From contig CAWHEP010000002.1 of the NCBI GenBank assembly GCA_963828525.1, positions 64,001 to 128,000 of the forward strand: DNA of 64,000 nt, read 5' to 3'. The notes under the pieces were generated by a model. That model saw only the letters and a list, made by a program, of their open reading frames with translations, was not told the origin of the DNA and ran no database searches. Positions 1 to 9,678 of the stretch are shown here, piece by piece; the first letter of the stretch is position 1; every line of letters begins with the position of its first letter. This DNA is from an uncultured Verrucomicrobiae bacterium. Lineage in GTDB: Bacteria; Verrucomicrobiota; Verrucomicrobiia; Chthoniobacterales; Chthoniobacteraceae. Made by a program: the position numbers and the translations under genes.

Positions 1-3000
1 CGGGTTCGTCGTTAGGATCAGCGTGGCCGTTCCCGTTGCCGTGACGTTGTTGGCGCGCAATATCACGTTGGATGTGCCGACGCCTGTCGCTACTCCCGAG
101 ATGACACCCGTCGCGCCGTTCGCGGAAAGGCCCGCGGGCAGCCCAGCCGCGCTGAAGTTGGTCGGGCTGTTGCTCGCCGTGATCGCGTAGCTAAAGGAAG
201 TCCCAATTGTCGCGTTGGCGGTCAACGCGCTGCTGATCACCGGCCCGGGCGGATTTACCGTTAGCGTCAATGTGGCCGTTTTGGCTCCCGCGGCGTTGCT
301 GGCGCTCAACGTAACGGAGGACGTGCCTGTGGTTGTCGCCGTTCCCGAGATGACCCCCGTCGTGGTGTTGATGCCCAGGCCCGAAGGCAGGCCCGTCGCT
401 CCGAAGCTTGTCGGGCCGTTGCTCGCCGCGATCGTGTAACTAAACCCAGCTCCCAGTATCGCGGTCGCCGTGGTGCCGCTGCTGATAGCCGGCGCGCCAA
501 GGTTGACCGTTAGCGCTAACGAGGCCGTTCCCGTTCCGCCTCCGTTGCTCGCGCTTAAGGTGATTGTTGACGAACCCGTGGCTACCGGTGTTCCTGAGAT
601 CACTCCGCTCGCGCTGTTAAGCGTCAGGCCCGAAGGCAGGCCCGTCGCGTTGTAGCTCGTCGGGCTGTTGCTCGCCGTGATCGTGTAGCTGAAAGGAGTC
701 TCGGTTGCCGCTGTTGCCGTCAACGCGCTACTAATCACTGGCGCGTTCGGGTTTACCGTCAGGGTCATGGTAGTCACCGTGGATCCCCCATCGTTGCTGG
801 CCGTCAGCGTCACCCCAAACGTTCCCGTTACCGTTGGCGTCCCGGAGATGACACCAGTCGGCGTATTGATCGCCAAACCGCTCGGCAGACCATCCGCGTA
901 GTAGCCGCTCGGGCTGTTGCTCGCCACGATGGTATAGCTATAGGCCGCGTTCAGAGTTCCCTGCGTCATCGTTGAGCTGCTTATCGTCGGCGCGAGCGGA
1001 TTGCTCGCGGTGACGGTGATGTTTTGCGCCCTTGCCGCGCCTAACACGGCGGCATTGTCGCTCGTCGCCGCGACGCCGATATACGCCTTCGTGCCCATCG
1101 ATACGGTTGTCGAACCGAGCGCCGTCCACGTTGCCCCATCCGGGGCTGTGTAGGCGGTAAAGGTGTTGCCCGAACGGGTCAGTCGCAGCCAGTAAGGCGC
1201 GATCAAAACGCTGTTCTGCGCCAACTGGACATTCGTTCCGCCCGCCGCAGCCCGCTGCTGAAAGAGGATGCCGTTCTGCGCGGTCGCCAACAGCGCGACG
1301 TTGTCTGAATTGGCGGCAAGCGTCTCGCGGATCATGATGCCCGCTTTCGCAAAAGGATTGCTATTCTCCACCCCTGTGACCTGGACGGTGATGGAGCTGT
1401 TCCCATCCGCTGGTTCATACATGTAGCGGCATTGATCCGCCGTTCCGCCGATATCCGCGCCGGAGGCCTCCACGGTTACTACCGCGCTGCTGTTGCGCGT
1501 AAACCCGGCCACGGCGGGCGAGCCGATGTCGGCGGCGGACCAGGTTGGGTTCGGCAGGACGTTCACCGAATCAAATACGGCTGTGCAGCGGGCCGCGCTG
1601 TTATGGTCGGTGACCGCCAGCCCCACATACGCGGTGCCCGACATCGCCAGAGTCTGCGATGGCCCCTGCTGTGTCCAGATCAAGCCGTCCGGTGAATTAT
1701 AGGCCGTGAAAGTGGAGCCAGACCGCGCCAGTTTCACCCAGAACGGCGCGACGGGTCCCGCAGCTCCTTGCCAGGTGGTATTGCCGCCGGTGGATGGCCT
1801 CCATTGCGCGCCCACCCCGGTACTGGCCGTCAAAACTGAAAACATATTGGTCGCGTTCGCGGCTAATGTTTCCCGGATCATGACGCCTGCTTTGGCCACG
1901 GGGCTGCCGCCCTGTATAGACACTACCCGCGCGATGATTGCGCCGTCTCCCGTCATCGGCTGGCTGACATAGTGGAATGCGTCGGCTGTGCCCCAAATGT
2001 CCGCGCCCGCTCCGACGACCGTGTAGGTTCCGCTTTGGTAAGCCGCGCTGCCGCTGAGGTTCACCGACCCGATGTCTTCTGAACTCCACGCCTTGTAGCC
2101 CGCGCCCATCATTGGCGTTCCGCTCACCGCGGACGTATCGGCGCTTGTTCCGGAGGAGCCCACCGCGTCCACCTTATAGTAGTACGCCGCGCCGTTGCTC
2201 AACCCGGTGCCGCTGAAGTAAGGGATCGTCAGGTTGTTCGCTGCGACGGTGTAAGGCCCATTGACCGATGTCGCGCTCATCACAATATAGCTCGTCGCGA
2301 AAGTGGAAGGATTCCAACAAAGATCAATCTGGCCATCCCAGGCCGTCGCTGTCAGTCCGGACGGCGGTAACGGCGTCTGAACCGCCGGGTCAACGACCAC
2401 GTTGAAGGTTGCCGTGGCTTTGTTGTTGTTTATATCCTTGGCTGAAACAGTCACCGTCGTCGTTCCATTGGCGAACAGGGATCCCGACGCCGGAACATTG
2501 GTCGTCACGCAGGAACCGCCACCCTCATCGACTGCCGTTGTCGTAAAGTTCACCACCGCTCCCGTGCTGCCAGTCGCCTGAACAACAACAGTCGAAGGGA
2601 CCGTGATCACAGGCGGTGTAGTGTAAGGGATCGTCAGCTTTAACGTCGCGGAACCCGTCCCCCCAAGGTTCATGGCGCCCAGGCCCACATTGAAAATTCC
2701 GGAGGCTGCAAGGATTCCCGAAATCACCCCGTTGGCGCTGTTCAGGCTCGCGCCGGCGGGGAGTCCGCTCGCGCTGTAGCTCGTCGGGTTGTTGCTCGCT
2801 GTGATCGTGTAGTTGAAAGCCGTTCCCACGATACCGGACGCCGTCGTGCCGCTAGTGATGACTGGGGCCGGCGGAGCATTCACGGTTAGGATCATCGTCG
2901 CCACCGGCCCAGGTCCCCAGCTATTGTGCCCGGTCAGTTGGACGTTCCAGGTGCCCGTGGTTGTCGGCGTCCCGGTGATGAGTTGATTGTCTGAGACGAT

Positions 3001-6000
3001 GCTCATTCCCGGAGGCAACCCGGTCGCGCTGAGGCCGTTCATGCCGTTGGTCCCATGAAGATAATCGTTGAACGCTACTCCAGCCGTTGCCGTGGCAGTC
3101 AACGGGCTGGTGATCACGGGACCGGGAGGATTGACCGTTAATAACAAATGTCCCGTGCAGACTCCAACGCTGGTGGTGGCGCTCAACGTGACGTTAAACT
3201 CCACAGAGCTGGAGCTGCTTACCACCGCCGCCGTGCCCGAAATGAGCCCTGTCGTCGCATTGACGCTCAACCCCGACGGCAAACCGGTGGCGTTGAAGCC
3301 CGTCGGATTGGCGGTTGCCGTGATCGTGTAGCTAAATGGCGCAAGACTCCCGGCAATTCCTTGAGGCAGGCTTGTTATCGACGCGGACGAATCGAACACC
3401 GTGGATAACATCGGGTTGAGCGCGAAGGCATTGGACGTTGTCCAGCCGGACCAATCTGAGGAAATGGTGCTGCTCGAACTGGTCACAATATTTGGCGTCA
3501 CTCCCTTGCCGGTGGTATCATAAAGTCCCCAACTATCCGTGCCGGAGCCGTGTGTTGCTTTATAACTCCACATACTCCAGTTCATCCCGGCGTTGTTAAA
3601 GTCGTTGATCACGTACTGCCAGGCGGGCGTTCCGGTCCCGAAAGCGTTGAATTCCCCAATATAAGCCGGCGTGTTATAGGACAAATGGTTGTTATAGTCG
3701 ATGACTTGGTTATCCGCGCCTGCTTCGACGCCGCTGATGGTTGCATTAGACCACGCGTACTCGTGCATCTTGTACGCGACATTCGTCCAGCCAACGGAGG
3801 CCGGGTTCGGAAGCATGCCCCAATTCCAGTTTCCCCAGGTGCCTTCCATAAAAATCATATGGTTGGGGTCCACGGCGCGAACGGCGGTGTAGAGGTTACT
3901 AAGTTGGGTGATCACAGCCTGGTTATTAGGCGCTCCACTGGGCTCATTGAGGAGATCGTACCCGGCGATCCAGGGATTGCCCCGGTAATGAGCCGCGATC
4001 GCCGACCACATCAACTGCGTGTTGGCCTGATCATTCGTGTTGCTCCAATATTGGTTCAGATTCTGGCAACCCGTGTTCGCGGAAGTGCTCTGCCCCCCGA
4101 AGACCCCATGCATATCGATGATGACGCGGATACCGCGCTCCGCCGCCGCGCCGACGAGCCAGTCCAGCATCGTAAACGCGTCGCTGCGCATCGCCGGGTT
4201 GGTCGTCCCACGGGCGCTGAGCGGATAAAAATCGCCCCACCAGACAGGCGCGCGAACCAGGTTCAGGCCTTGCGCCTTGATGTTGTCCAGATCCGCGGAG
4301 TTGATCCAGTTCTGGCGATACGTCTGCACCAGGCTTTGCTCCGTCGCGATCCCGAAACGCGCGTCCAGTTCGCTGATTATGCTATACTCGTCGGGCAGTC
4401 CGGACGAGTCGGCCGGTGTCATCCACGGCTCCATCACCAGCCACCCGCCCAAATTCACTCCTTTGAGCTGGACGGTTTGCGCTCCGCTGGAGCCATTGAC
4501 GATCGCTGTTCCGCTCGCCTGCAATATGGCCGGCGTGAACACATCCAGCGCGGACGAGGGCTGGCGGTTGGTCCAGGCAGATTGTAGGTACCCGCGCCAT
4601 AGGGGATCCGCTTCCGGTTCCCAGTAAATCGCCCCGAGGCCTTTGCCGCTCGGTACGCCGCGCATGATGTTCAGAATGTTATTCACAAAGTCGAAATTAG
4701 GCAGCGGGTTGTAAGTGGTCCCCGAGTAGATGTTCGGTGGCTCCATTTCCATCATCATCACTCCTCCCCCTCCTTGGCCCGGCGTCGTGAAGCTGGCCGC
4801 CAAATCATTCACCGTCGTCTGGATATCGCTGAAAAGCCCGCCACTTACGTCTGTCGCCGAGACGTCCCAGTGTCCGCCGTTTCCTCGCAGGTTATTGAAG
4901 AATCCCTTGTCCAGCCCGTCATTGTGCGCGCGGTCAATGTGAACCACCGTCGCGATAGTGGGGTTGACAGCTTTTACCGCGTTGTAGCCGGCATTGATGA
5001 AGGTCGCGAGGCTTGCCCCCGTGCCGTAGTTAGGCGACACGCGGGGCGTCGTGCCAGGGTCGTTTTCGATAGCGCACAACATGCCGTTGGTGATTTCATT
5101 GCCAAGCGCGATCCATTCCGGCGTGACGCCGCCGGCTTGCAATTCCTGCGCCACGTAGGTGGTATAGCTGCTGATTTCCTGTGTTAGCTTGGTTACCGCC
5201 TGCGCGGACGACATCCCGGCGATGTCGCTGACCCATTGCACCGGAATTCTTTGGGTGCCAGGATCCGCGAACGTCCAGCTGTAATGCAGGCTGATCATGA
5301 GGCGCATACCCAGAGCGGACGCTTTCTGGGCCACAGGCAGCATCTCGTCGATGGTGCAATTTCCAGCTAGTTGGTTATCCCAGTTTGACGCCACCACCGG
5401 CGGTACAAATATGCGGAGCCGGATCGTGTCTATGTTGCGCTCCTTTAGTATCTTTAGACAGTTCGTGACCGGGTCCGGATCCAATTGCTGCCCGGTCGTG
5501 TCGTAGAACTGGAATTTGCTGACCCCCATCTGTTGCAGCCAGCTCACGTCCGCGCCCTTCGCCATATCTGGCGGCGCTGGGAAGACCACTACCGTGAGCG
5601 GACGTGTTACGGTTCCGCTGGCACCCGTCGACCCCAGGCTCAGGGAGAAGGTGCCCGTTGTTGTCGGCATTCCGGAGATCACGCCCGTTGCGCTATTCAA
5701 GCTCAGCCCGGCAGGCACCCCGGTGGCGCTGAAACTCGTCGGGTTATTCGGCCCGAGGATCGCGTAATAGAAGCCCAGTCCGATCCGGCCCGTCGCCAGC
5801 GTCGCCGTCGGAAAAATCACGATTGTTAGCGGCTGCGTTGCGGTTCCGCTGGCATTGCTCGCCCCCAGGCTCAGCGAGAACGAGCCGCTCGTCATCGCTG
5901 TTCCAGAGATCACGGCAGTCGCGCTGTTAAAGCTCAACCCGGCAGGCACCCCGGTTGCCGTGAAGCTCGTCGCGCCGTTGGTCGCCGTAAGCGCGTAACT

Positions 6001-6180
6001 GAAACTCAAGCCAACGCTACCCGTCGCCAGCGAAGGGCTGGTGATCAGCGGCGCTCCCGTCTGGGCGTTCAGAGAGGCAGCCAAACAGAAAAACAGCGCG
6101 GCTAAGATCGCCCACCGGCGCCAGAACGCGCGAAGAAACGCAAAGTGGCGGCGCTCTCGATAAATAAGTGGAGCGATCAA
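1..6180 (-). CDS. Giant secreted modular glycoside hydrolase, >2060 aa, 3' end outside window: signal peptide, 2 putative-Ig repeats, GH53, GH5, 3 Ig repeats, HYR, Fn3, 2 DUF1349/ConA-like beta-sandwiches, at least 4 Ig repeats
   Basis: Translated by hand. TTG start at 6180 gives LIAPLIYRERRHFAFLRAFWRRWAILAALFFCLAASLNA|Q. The same frame was confirmed at 5565, 4443, 1983 and 3. GH53: KGADVSWL, IRLRIFV, LHYS..FADPG, WIALGNEITNGML, AIYWEPE. GH5: GVNLGGWLVMEPW, AGYDLLNEP, PAYIGEFNA. Ig repeats of the form PVITS..FSYTITA.N.PTS..A.GLP.GL....GVISGTP. Confidence 0.9.
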   Translation of the reverse strand, partial: MIAPLIYRERRHFAFLRAFWRRWAILAALFFCLAASLNAQTGAPLITSPSLATGSVGLSFSYALTATNGATSFTATGVPAGLSFNSATAVISGTAMTSGSFSLSLGASNASGTATQPLTIVIFPTATLATGRIGLGFYYAILGPNNPTSFSATGVPAGLSLNSATGVISGMPTTTGTFSLSLGSTGASGTVTRPLTVVVFPAPPDMAKGADVSWLQQMGVSKFQFYDTTGQQLDPDPVTNCLKILKERNIDTIRLRIFVPPVVASNWDNQLAGNCTIDEMLPVAQKASALGMRLMISLHYSWTFADPGTQRIPVQWVSDIAGMSSAQAVTKLTQEISSYTTYVAQELQAGGVTPEWIALGNEITNGMLCAIENDPGTTPRVSPNYGTGASLATFINAGYNAVKAVNPTIATVVHIDRAHNDGLDKGFFNNLRGNGGHWDVSATDVSGGLFSDIQTTVNDLAASFTTPGQGGGGVMMMEMEPPNIYSGTTYNPLPNFDFVNNILNIMRGVPSGKGLGAIYWEPEADPLWRGYLQSAWTNRQPSSALDVFTPAILQASGTAIVNGSSGAQTVQLKGVNLGGWLVMEPWMTPADSSGLPDEYSIISELDARFGIATEQSLVQTYRQNWINSADLDNIKAQGLNLVRAPVWWGDFYPLSARGTTNPAMRSDAFTMLDWLVGAAAERGIRVIIDMHGVFGGQSTSANTGCQNLNQYWSNTNDQANTQLMWSAIAAHYRGNPWIAGYDLLNEPSGAPNNQAVITQLSNLYTAVRAVDPNHMIFMEGTWGNWNWGMLPNPASVGWTNVAYKMHEYAWSNATISGVEAGADNQVIDYNNHLSYNTPAYIGEFNAFGTGTPAWQYVINDFNNAGMNWSMWSYKATHGSGTDSWGLYDTTGKGVTPNIVTSSSSTISSDWSGWTTSNAFALNPMLSTVFDSSASITSLPQGIAGSLAPFSYTITATANPTGFNATGLPSGLSVNATTGLISGTAAVVSSSSSVEFNVTLSATTSVGVCTGHLLLTVNPPGPVITSPLTATATAGVAFNDYLHGTNGMNGLSATGLPPGMSIVSDNQLITGTPTTTGTWNVQLTGHNSWGPGPVATMILTVNAPPAPVITSGTTASGIVGTAFNYTITASNNPTSYSASGLPAGASLNSANGVISGILAASGIFNVGLGAMNLGGTGSATLKLTIPYTTPPVITVPSTVVVQATGSTGAVVNFTTTAVDEGGGSCVTTNVPASGSLFANGTTTVTVSAKDINNNKATATFNVVVDPAVQTPLPPSGLTATAWDGQIDLCWNPSTFATSYIVMSATSVNGPYTVAANNLTIPYFSGTGLSNGAAYYYKVDAVGSSGTSADTSAVSGTPMMGAGYKAWSSEDIGSVNLSGSAAYQSGTYTVVGAGADIWGTADAFHYVSQPMTGDGAIIARVVSIQGGSPVAKAGVMIRETLAANATNMFSVLTASTGVGAQWRPSTGGNTTWQGAAGPVAPFWVKLARSGSTFTAYNSPDGLIWTQQGPSQTLAMSGTAYVGLAVTDHNSAARCTAVFDSVNVLPNPTWSAADIGSPAVAGFTRNSSAVVTVEASGADIGGTADQCRYMYEPADGNSSITVQVTGVENSNPFAKAGIMIRETLAANSDNVALLATAQNGILFQQRAAAGGTNVQLAQNSVLIAPYWLRLTRSGNTFTAYTAPDGATWTALGSTTVSMGTKAYIGVAATSDNAAVLGAARAQNITVTASNPLAPTISSSTMTQGTLNAAYSYTIVASNSPSGYYADGLPSGLAINTPTGVISGTPTVTGTFGVTLTASNDGGSTVTTMTLTVNPNAPVISSALTATAATETPFSYTITASNSPTSYNATGLPSGLTLNSASGVISGTPVATGSSTITLSASNGGGTGTASLALTVNLGAPAISSGTTATAILGAGFSYTIAASNGPTSFGATGLPSGLGINTTTGVISGTATTTGTSSVTLSASNAAGAKTATLTLTVNPPGPVISSALTANATIGTSFSYAITASNSPTNFSAAGLPAGLSANGATGVISGVATGVGTSNVILRANNVTATGTATLILTTNP

Positions 6181-6310
6181 AGTGAAACCTTTAGCGGCGG
6201 GATGCACTCTAAAACAGGTCTGCGTCCTGTCAAAGGCATTCTCCGGCGTCCCGCCAGCTCGACACTTCTCGCTGGCTCTTGCCCGCTTCTGCCTATGTCC
6301 ATTTGAAACA

Positions 6311-6350
6311 ATTGCTCTCGCGCGGCATGCCTCAGTTCTTCAACAGTCTC
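6311..6350. repeat. Orphan end of the GAGACTGTTGAA-ended MITE family
   Basis: ATTGCTCTCGCGCGGCATGCCTCAGTTCTTCAACAGTCTC resembles both termini of the MITE at 36822-37082. No partner end seen. Confidence 0.6.
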
Positions 6351-6505
6351 CTGAGGGGTCTCATCTTGCGAACCTGCGCCAGTATTGTGGAGCAGTATTA
6401 CAATATTGTCATTTTAAAATGCTTTTCTACCTTCATCACGCTGGTGAATCCTCTGGAGAACTCAGAACCAGTCGGTTCCGGCCGCGTCCTGGAGACAACA
6501 CGAGA

Positions 6506-6724
6506 ATGAATCTAAAAGCATTGATCGGACTGGTTTTTGGAGCTGTCGTTAGCATCGCCATTGCCGATTTTGTAATTTTCCATCAGAGGGGCGCAATTAC
6601 GGTTGCGCCCAATCCAGTCAGCCACCAGTCAATCGTCGCGCAAGAACCGAACCAGGAGGGATCAAAAAGGAGCCAGTTGCCGCAAACCTCCTCTCAGGTT
6701 CCGCTCGTTTCTGTAAGCAGATAG
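6506..6724 (+). pseudogene. Hypothetical membrane-anchored protein truncated by element copy 1
   Basis: MNLKALIGLVFGAVVSIAIADFVIFH (one hydrophobic segment). The ORF ends with VSR*, supplied by the element end at 6712-6724. Confidence 0.5.
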
Positions 6725-7446
6725 GGGGTCAGGCAACATTTCTTTCTTACAGATTGACCCACTTTTGGAGGGGGATGGGGAGCTTCGTCTTTCGGTTTGG
6801 CTGGCGGCGCAGTTGTTGGCTGGCGTTTTCGGGGCTTTTCATGGCTAGGTGGCTTGCGATCCACCGCAAATCCGCCTGGGTGTTTTCCCATATAACCCGG
6901 GCTATGGCGACCTTTATAAGGCTGCTGCCAGGTTTGACTGCCAGCTCCCGGTCGTTTACCCCGCGGCTTGCAATCCCTGCGCCAGCAACCGCTCCGCCTC
7001 TTGCAGGCCATGCGCGCGGCTTTCCCCACTGGCACGGTATCCGCGGTGGCGCGCCCTTTTTTAATGTCGCCTCGCCGAGCTTAAGCATCCCTTCGGCAAA
7101 CGCCTGGCTCCCCCAATACCATCCGCGTCTTAAAGAACTCATGCGCCGGTCCGCTTCGGCATCCTCAACCGGCACCCCGGCTCTCTCGGCCACTTCTTCG
7201 GCCGCCCGCCGATCCAGACCTCTCACGAACTCTCGCCTGCCCGCCGCCGTATCCGTATATCCCAGTTCCCGCAGGCCTTCACCGACTGCGAGCCACTTCG
7301 CGCGTTTGCCAGCAGTCAGCGCGTATCCGCAGGCCACGCTGCTCCAGGCATAATCCATCACGCTTTGCCCGCCCGAGGATCGATCAACCTGGCCAAATAA
7401 GCGAGGTATCTGTCAAGAAATGTTGCCTGACCCCGATTCCATGCGC
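6712..7446 (-). mobile_element. Non-autonomous RAYT/HUH (Y1)-derived element, copy 1, carrying the C-terminal half of a transposase between inverted repeats
   Basis: Near-identical to 9666-10397. IRs at 6725-6744 and 7408-7434. ORF 6747-7361 has DYAWSS and ..RGWYWGSQAF.., typical of RAYT C-termini. No HUH motif. Confidence 0.8.
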
Positions 7447-7588
7447 CAAATAGGCTTTCAAGCAGCGGTTCCTAATCAGTTTGTGAGCCTGGATCGTCTT
7501 GCTCCAAGTCCTATAAGAGCAGCGCGGGGAATTTGCCCTCGCTTCGCTCAAAAAGGCAGGGACGAAGCATCAACTGCCCGATTCCTTT

Positions 7589-7980
7589 GGGGGTCAGCCT
7601 GCATTTCTTGACAGACAGCATCGTTCCAGCACAGATGAAATACCTCCAGCATCCGTGAAACTCCGCGCCATCCGAGTTAAAACCTCTTCTCTTCCTTTGC
7701 GTCCTCCGCGCCCTTGCGCGAGACGTCTCCCCTCTGCGGCCTCGTTCCCAAGCTGCGCTTGGGCACGCAACTGCCTCCGAAATTGCGCATCGTCCCCATC
7801 CAAAAAATCCGCGAAATCCGTGGTGCAAAAAAACCTCCCGACCGCGCACCTCAGCGTCTCCGTCATTCATCAAGAGCCATAGGGACCGGAGCGGTATTGA
7901 CCTGCGTATCGTAGTCGATAACTACTTGGGACAGCGGGCTCCACAGCGGATCGCGCTGTTGAAAAATGCAGCCTGACCCC
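7589..7980. repeat. Diverged IR pair enclosing a cluster of short intergenic repeat types
   Basis: GGGGGTCAGCCTGCATTTCTTGACAG (7589-7614) and CTGTTGAAAAATGCAGCCTGACCCC (7956-7980). Inside are ATCCGTG/ATCCGCG motifs, CTTTGCGTCCTCCGCGCCCTTGCGCGAGAC and the hairpin CGTTCCCAAGC-TGC-GCTTGGGCACG. Confidence 0.7.
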
Positions 7981-8177
7981 TGGAAAGCCGCGCCGCTGGA
8001 GAATTCAATGGAAATCCCCAGATGGCGTGGGAACCTGATGGTGGATCGGGAGAAGGCGGCGTGTCGTGCTGATCGTCGTCGCTCGTAAAAGGAGAAGAGA
8101 TTCGATCCATTCGGATCTCTTTTTAGCTTGGAGGGATTGACCGTAAACTGGCCGATGGTAAACTGGATTGAGGAAAT

Positions 8178-9069
8178 ATGAGAAAGCAAACCGCAATCAC
8201 CCTCATGTTTTGTTTCTCTGTCGGATTGGGTGCTGAGACTAATCCCGCTACGATTGGTTTCGACATTATAGCTGTGCGACCTGATGGACTCGGGATGCGT
8301 TTTGTCATACCTTTTTCCCGTGACGGAAGGTGAAGGCGGAAAACGTATTTGGGAGGCTATAAGCGATCCCTTTTATGCGAAGAGCGAGGAGGCTCTAAAG
8401 GTTCAAGACGTAAACCTGTTCTCGCTATGTCGCATAAAGATCACCGCTGACAACGGACAGGGCAAGACCACCCATCTGAACATAGACTTTTCTCAAATCG
8501 ACATCCCCAAGTTCGTCAAAATCAATAAGGATGAAGTCGTCTCATCCATTTTGAGGTGCATTATCTATTCCACCCAATTCCCGCCACACCAAAAGCCGTC
8601 GATTTCACTCGTTGGTAAGCTGGAAGACAAGGACTTGCTAGACCAAGCATCGAAGCAATATGAAAAGGCATCCCAGGAGAGCACCGACTTCGATTTCAGT
8701 AAGCCGTATCATCCGACTATAACGCATCCCACCCTTGCCGAACAGCTCGACATAAAGTCGAGTAATATAATTGCGAATACGGTGTTAGCGGATGTTTCCA
8801 ATAACGCCGATGATAAAATCATCGTGCGGGATTTACGTATTAAGCCATACACAGCGTTGCATGATCGGCATTATTACCGATTTGAATTCTATTCATCCGG
8901 CGTCCTTCAGAACTGTGACACATTTTGGGACATGAGTGAGCCGGGTAAAGTGACAGCCACCTGGCGCGGCAATGACGTTTGCAATATTTCGCTCATTGAC
9001 GGTTGGCTTCAAGTCACCTTCGAACGGGATAAATTGCCGCATTGGGCCTTCTCAAGGAGGGTTGACTAA
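8178..9069 (+). CDS. Hypothetical exported protein, AT-richer than the backbone, with one frameshift near 8300
   Basis: GAGGA then ATG 8178, MRKQTAITLMFCFSVGLGA (signal-like). Continues in the 8284-9069 frame (261 aa). Confidence 0.55.
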
Positions 9070-9292
9070 TCCTAAACATAATCCTTACACCCCCGCTTCC
9101 ACGGTTGATTTCCGGCCTCAATTTGGCGCTGGTGACCTCCATTCCCCGTGAGAGTGACACCACAGCGGATTTTGGGATGCGGGCACCACGGAGTTTGTGG
9201 AATATAGCTCATGGTATTCAGGGCAGCGTCTCCAATTGGGGACATTTATTTTGCTTGTGGAAAATCTGCCATGTGTTGAAATGTAAGGGCCA

Positions 9293-9547
9293 ATGACTCG
9301 AAGGCACAAACTGGAATATCCGATTGGACAGGGATATACGCTGGGCAAGCCGACACAAGGACGCACCGGGCTCGGTCGCTTTGTAACCCTGATGGAAGTC
9401 ACCGAGGATGGAAAGGTGATTGTCGAGGACACCAAGGGAAAGACGGCCACGGTCAAGTTTTGCAACCTTGGAAGCATCGTTGATCTAGACGGCAACATTC
9501 TTGACATGACAAAATACGCTCCGCGAAAGAAAAATCGCCAACCATGA
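9293..9547 (+). CDS. Hypothetical protein, 84 aa
   Basis: ATG-started ORF whose stop overlaps the next start (ATGA at 9544). Confidence 0.55.
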   Translation: MTRRHKLEYPIGQGYTLGKPTQGRTGLGRFVTLMEVTEDGKVIVEDTKGKTATVKFCNLGSIVDLDGNILDMTKYAPRKKNRQP

Positions 9548-9678
9548 CCACACCCAACCTGAGCCTTAAACACCTCGAACATCTCCTGGCTCTCACGAAG
9601 GAGAAGCTGGCCCTATCCATAGATCTGGAAAAGATTGAGAAGAAGATCGCCTCGATATTTGGCGGTGTAAGCAGATAG
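9544..9678 (+). pseudogene. Small coiled-coil protein truncated by element copy 2
   Basis: MTTPNLSLKHLEHLLALTKEKLALSIDLEKIEKKIASIFGG, then VSR* from the element end. Confidence 0.55.

Noticed and set aside
1..3400. Recurring ~250-bp nucleotide similarity that could suggest a repeat array or CRISPR
   Set aside because: These are coding Ig-domain repeats. No constant repeat with unique spacers was seen anywhere in the window.
215..5829. Many short ORFs in the track, including the 345-aa ORF at 3550-4587
   Set aside because: They are shadows of the giant minus-strand glycoside hydrolase gene.
6380..6420. CAGTATT direct repeat and ACAATATTGT palindrome
   Set aside because: Too short to assign to a regulator and could arise by chance in an AT-rich patch.
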